From Myxococcota bacterium (GTDB lineage: Bacteria > Myxococcota > JACRCW01), in assembly GCA_040752415.1 (NCBI GenBank), contig JBFMGU010000191.1:1-20575 (forward strand): a stretch of 20,575 nt of DNA. Reading direction: 5' to 3'. The position numbers and the translations under genes were made by a program. Shown here piece after piece: positions 17,562 to 20,575 of this stretch (position 1 is the stretch's first letter; each line of letters begins with the position of its first letter). The notes below the pieces were generated by a model. That model was not told the DNA's origin, did not search any database, and saw only the letters and a program-made list of their open reading frames with translations.

Positions 17562-20213
17562 ATGAAGCGCTTTCCCGTCGTCATGGCATTGGCAGCGTTG
17601 TCCACCGCGGCCCTTCCCGCGCTGGCGGAGCACGCGGAGCTGACCAGTGCCGCGCTGGAGGCCCGTGCCCGGGAGGCGCTCCTGGCCACGCCGCGCGTGG
17701 GCATCTACGTCCCCATCCCGCGCGAGTACGCGCCGCCGCCGGGCCAGACCCGTGCCATCTACGCGCCGGGCGGACCGCCGGTGCCCATCTTCATCAACCG
17801 CAACGGCGGCACCTACTACCGCGGCCAGGACAACTCCGGCGCCAACATCTCCTCCATCGTCCCCGGGCAGAGCGCGTACGTGGACGCGTTTGGCGGCAGC
17901 AACACCACCTGGAACGCCATGATGGACTGCATCCGGGAGCAGTTCGCACGCTTCAACGTGGAGGTCACCGACGTGGAGCCCAGCCGCGCGCACGTGGAGT
18001 GCGTGGTGGGCGGCAGCCCCGACCAGCTGGGCCTTCCCAGCGGCGTGGGCGGCGTGGCGCCGATCGATCCCTACGGTTGCGACGTGATCGACAGCGCCAT
18101 CGTCTACGTGTTTGCCGACGTGATCGGGAACAGCGCGCAGGTGCTGTGCGAGGTGGCGGCGCAGGAGATTGCCCACTCCTTCTCGCTGGACCATGAGCTG
18201 TTGTGCCAGGACCCCATGACGTACCTGAACGGGTGCGGCGCCAAGAGCTTCCAGAACGTGGACGCGCAGTGCGGCGAGTACCAGACGCGCGACTGCATCT
18301 GTAACCGCGACAGCCAGAACTCCGTGCAGATCATGCTGGAGAAGCTGGGCCCCTCGACGGGCGGCGGCTCCAGCAGCAGCGGCGGTCCCACCGACACCGT
18401 GCCGCCCACCATCCAGCTCACCAGCCCCACCACCGGCTCGTCGCTGCCGGCCAACAGCACCATCGAGGTGGTGGCGGAAGCCAACGACGACCAGGGCGTG
18501 CAGGACATCGAGCTCATCTGGCCCTACACCGGCAACATCTTCCCCTGCCCCATGCAGAGCCAGAACGTGAACTGCGCGCGCACCGGCAACACCGCCACGT
18601 GGCTGTTGCGGGTGGGCACCGGCACGCGTTCCTTCCAGGCGCGCGCGCGGGATGCGGCGGGCAATGAGACGTTGAGCGCGGCGGTGAGCATCACGCTGGG
18701 CGACGGGACGCCTCCGCCCGAGGACAACAACCCGCCCGTGGTCTCGGTGGTCAGCCCCGACGACGGCGCGGTGCTCCCCGCCAACAGCACCATCGAGGTG
18801 GTGGCCAACGCTTCCGACGACGTGGCGCTGGACGCGGTGGAGCTGGTGTGGCCCTACACCAATGAGGCCTTTGGCTGCCCCAGCCAGCGCCAGGGCGTCA
18901 CCTGCACGCAGAACGGCAGCACCTTCACCTGGTCGCTGCCGGTGGGCACGGGGGAGCGGCCCTTCCAGATCCGCGCCACCGACCAGGCCGGGCACCTCTC
19001 CATCACGCCGCAGCGCACCATCTACCTCGACGACGGCTCGGGCCCGCCGGCGGACACGCAGGATCCGCAGGTGATCATCAACCGCCCCGCCGACGGAGCC
19101 ACGCTGTCCGCGGGCACGCTGGAGGTGGCGGCCACGGTGACCGACAACGTGGGCGTGGAGAGCGTGGAGCTGCTGTGGAACGACGGCGCCAGCACCTATC
19201 CCTGCCCCACCAACCAGGGCGCCACCTGCTCTTCGCTCGGGACCAGCTACGTGTGGTCCATCACCGTGCCCACCGGCGAGTACGGCTTCACGGTGCGTGC
19301 GCGTGACGCCGCGGGCAACGAGAAGGTGACCACGCGGTACTCGGTCACCGTCACCGACGGACCGGTCACCAGCGACGACGACACCAGCGAGCCCAACGAC
19401 TCCTTTGGCGAGGCCACGCCGGTGGGCTGCGGCGCGTCGCTCTCGCTCATCTCGCTGCCGGGCAACCCCGACTGGTTCTCGCTCACGGTGGCGGAGGGCA
19501 CGCAGCTGCAGCTGGACGCGGACTCCACGGAGCAGGCCAACCTGGAGATGCGCGTGGCCACCGGCCCCAACACCGCGGACCTCATTGCGCTGGCCAGCGG
19601 CCCGGCCCTCGACGAGCGGATCATCCTCAACGCGCCCGCCGCGGCCCTGGGCATCCTGGTGCAGCAGACCGGCGGCGGCAGGGGCGCGTACACGCTGCGG
19701 GTGGCCTGCAACGGCGGAGGAAACAACAACGGCGGCCAGGACGACAACGCCGAGCCCAACAACACGCCCGCGCAGGCGGCGGTGATGTTCTGCGGTCAGA
19801 CCCAGAGCTACGTGCTGCAGGACGAGGACCACTTCAAGGTGCAGGTGCGTGAGGGCGACGAGCTGGTGGCCTCGGTGCAGGCCAGCGGCGAGGTGCAGCT
19901 GGAGATCCTGGACGCCAACGGCGCGGCCCTCCCCGACGCCACCGCCACGGGTGCGAACACCTCGGTCAGTGCGCCCAACCTGGTCGCGGGAGCGCACCAC
20001 ATCCGCGTGGCGCCGACGGTGGGGGCCGGGATGAGCTACTCGCTGACCATTGCGTGCAATCCCGCGGGCGGCGCCGGCGGCGACGTCGACGAGGAGCCGG
20101 AGGCGCGCAGCGTGCTGTCGTGCGTCCACGCCAGCACGGGTTCGCGTGGTTTCTCACCGCTGCTCGCATTCGGTCTGGTGTTGCTGGTGCGTCACGCCCG
20201 TCGTCGTCGCTGA
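17562..20213 (+). CDS. Secreted metzincin-like protein (QExxHxxxxxH) with 3 Ig-like (Big) repeats, 2 PPC-like domains and a MYXO-CTERM-like anchor
   Basis: GAGGAG RBS, signal peptide 'MKRFPVVMALAALSTAALPALA'. 'AQEIAHSFSLDH' plus Met-turn-like 'DPMTY'. Three repeats of 'D..PP.....P..G..L......V.A...D..GV..VEL.W...ARA.D.AG'. Two 'D..EPN.....A..V.CG' PPC-like units. Tail 'SCVHA...LLAFGLVLLVRHARRRR'. Confidence 0.88.
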   Translation: MKRFPVVMALAALSTAALPALAEHAELTSAALEARAREALLATPRVGIYVPIPREYAPPPGQTRAIYAPGGPPVPIFINRNGGTYYRGQDNSGANISSIVPGQSAYVDAFGGSNTTWNAMMDCIREQFARFNVEVTDVEPSRAHVECVVGGSPDQLGLPSGVGGVAPIDPYGCDVIDSAIVYVFADVIGNSAQVLCEVAAQEIAHSFSLDHELLCQDPMTYLNGCGAKSFQNVDAQCGEYQTRDCICNRDSQNSVQIMLEKLGPSTGGGSSSSGGPTDTVPPTIQLTSPTTGSSLPANSTIEVVAEANDDQGVQDIELIWPYTGNIFPCPMQSQNVNCARTGNTATWLLRVGTGTRSFQARARDAAGNETLSAAVSITLGDGTPPPEDNNPPVVSVVSPDDGAVLPANSTIEVVANASDDVALDAVELVWPYTNEAFGCPSQRQGVTCTQNGSTFTWSLPVGTGERPFQIRATDQAGHLSITPQRTIYLDDGSGPPADTQDPQVIINRPADGATLSAGTLEVAATVTDNVGVESVELLWNDGASTYPCPTNQGATCSSLGTSYVWSITVPTGEYGFTVRARDAAGNEKVTTRYSVTVTDGPVTSDDDTSEPNDSFGEATPVGCGASLSLISLPGNPDWFSLTVAEGTQLQLDADSTEQANLEMRVATGPNTADLIALASGPALDERIILNAPAAALGILVQQTGGGRGAYTLRVACNGGGNNNGGQDDNAEPNNTPAQAAVMFCGQTQSYVLQDEDHFKVQVREGDELVASVQASGEVQLEILDANGAALPDATATGANTSVSAPNLVAGAHHIRVAPTVGAGMSYSLTIACNPAGGAGGDVDEEPEARSVLSCVHASTGSRGFSPLLAFGLVLLVRHARRRR

Positions 20214-20331
20214 GGCGGCGCGCCCGCACACCGCTGCGAGGAGGAGCTCCGAGCGGTCGACGCCAGCCGCCGTCGTGGTGTGGTGCTGCGTGACGCCGTC
20301 GCGTGCGTCCTCTGACCTGGAGAAGGGGTCC

Positions 20332-20549
20332 GCAATGTAGGGGCTGCCCGTTGCCGGGACCGCGTGAACGGTGAAGGTGGCCAGCGATGGTCAGCCCCGG
20401 GCCGCGCTGTCATGACGACGGAAAACGGCACGCGATGCGACCGGCCCCACCGGTTCAACGCGACGGAGGACCGGACAGCAATGTAGGGGCTGCCCGTTGC
20501 CGGTACCGCGTGAACGGTGAAGGTGGCCGGCAATGGTCAGCCCCGGGCC
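20332..20549. repeat. Two 72-bp direct repeats (20332-20403, 20478-20549; period 146 bp), each a GTAG-headed long imperfect palindrome (REP-like)
   Basis: GCAATGTAGGGGCTGCCCGTTGCCGG[G/T]ACCGCGTGAACGGTGAAGGTGGCC[A/G]GC[G/A]ATGGTCAGCCCCGGGCC, with 3 differences. GGGGCTG pairs with CAGCCCC and CCGTTGCCGG pairs with CCGGCAATGG. Confidence 0.9.
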
Positions 20550-20575
20550 CAGTGGTTCGTGACGACGGGAATTGG

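Noticed and set aside
20332..20549. CRISPR array or integron attC interpretation of the terminal repeats
   Set aside because: The 72-bp unit is too long for a CRISPR repeat, the inter-repeat DNA is partly similar between copies, and no cas genes are visible. There are no RYYYAAC/GTTRRRY ends and no cassette ORF between the copies.

Overview
High-GC bacterial DNA that looks myxobacterial (inferred from a MYXO-CTERM-like tail, Cys/Ser-rich secreted proteins and an AglS/ExbD-like gene). The left part (222-4661) holds unlinked housekeeping-type genes: acyl-CoA dehydrogenase-like, a two-domain RsmC-like methyltransferase, an RMD1/DUF155 protein, a PNKP-type HAD phosphatase and a GlsB/YeaQ protein. 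The centre (4778-13022) is the main discovery, a tightly packed minus-strand operon. It encodes a SiaB/RsbW-like Ser/Thr kinase, a SiaC-like STAS-fold protein, a PhcB-like SAM methyltransferase (Ralstonia quorum-signal synthase family), a PhcS-like membrane sensor fused to a SpoIIE/PP2C phosphatase rather than a His kinase, and a GGDEF enzyme with the Hypr Asp->Ser signature of 3',3'-cGAMP synthases. A TM-GAF-PAS-GGDEF-EAL gene follows, and a second SiaC-like gene is divergent. The locus reads as a candidate methyl-ester quorum-sensing system wired through a Sia-type partner switch to cyclic dinucleotide output. The right part holds small regulatory/membrane genes, an orphan ExbD, a TSP3-repeat probable lipoprotein, a large secreted metzincin-like protein with a QExxH motif, and two 72-bp GTAG-headed palindromic direct repeats at the window edge. 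All family calls come from motifs read by eye and recalled family knowledge; no searches were run.
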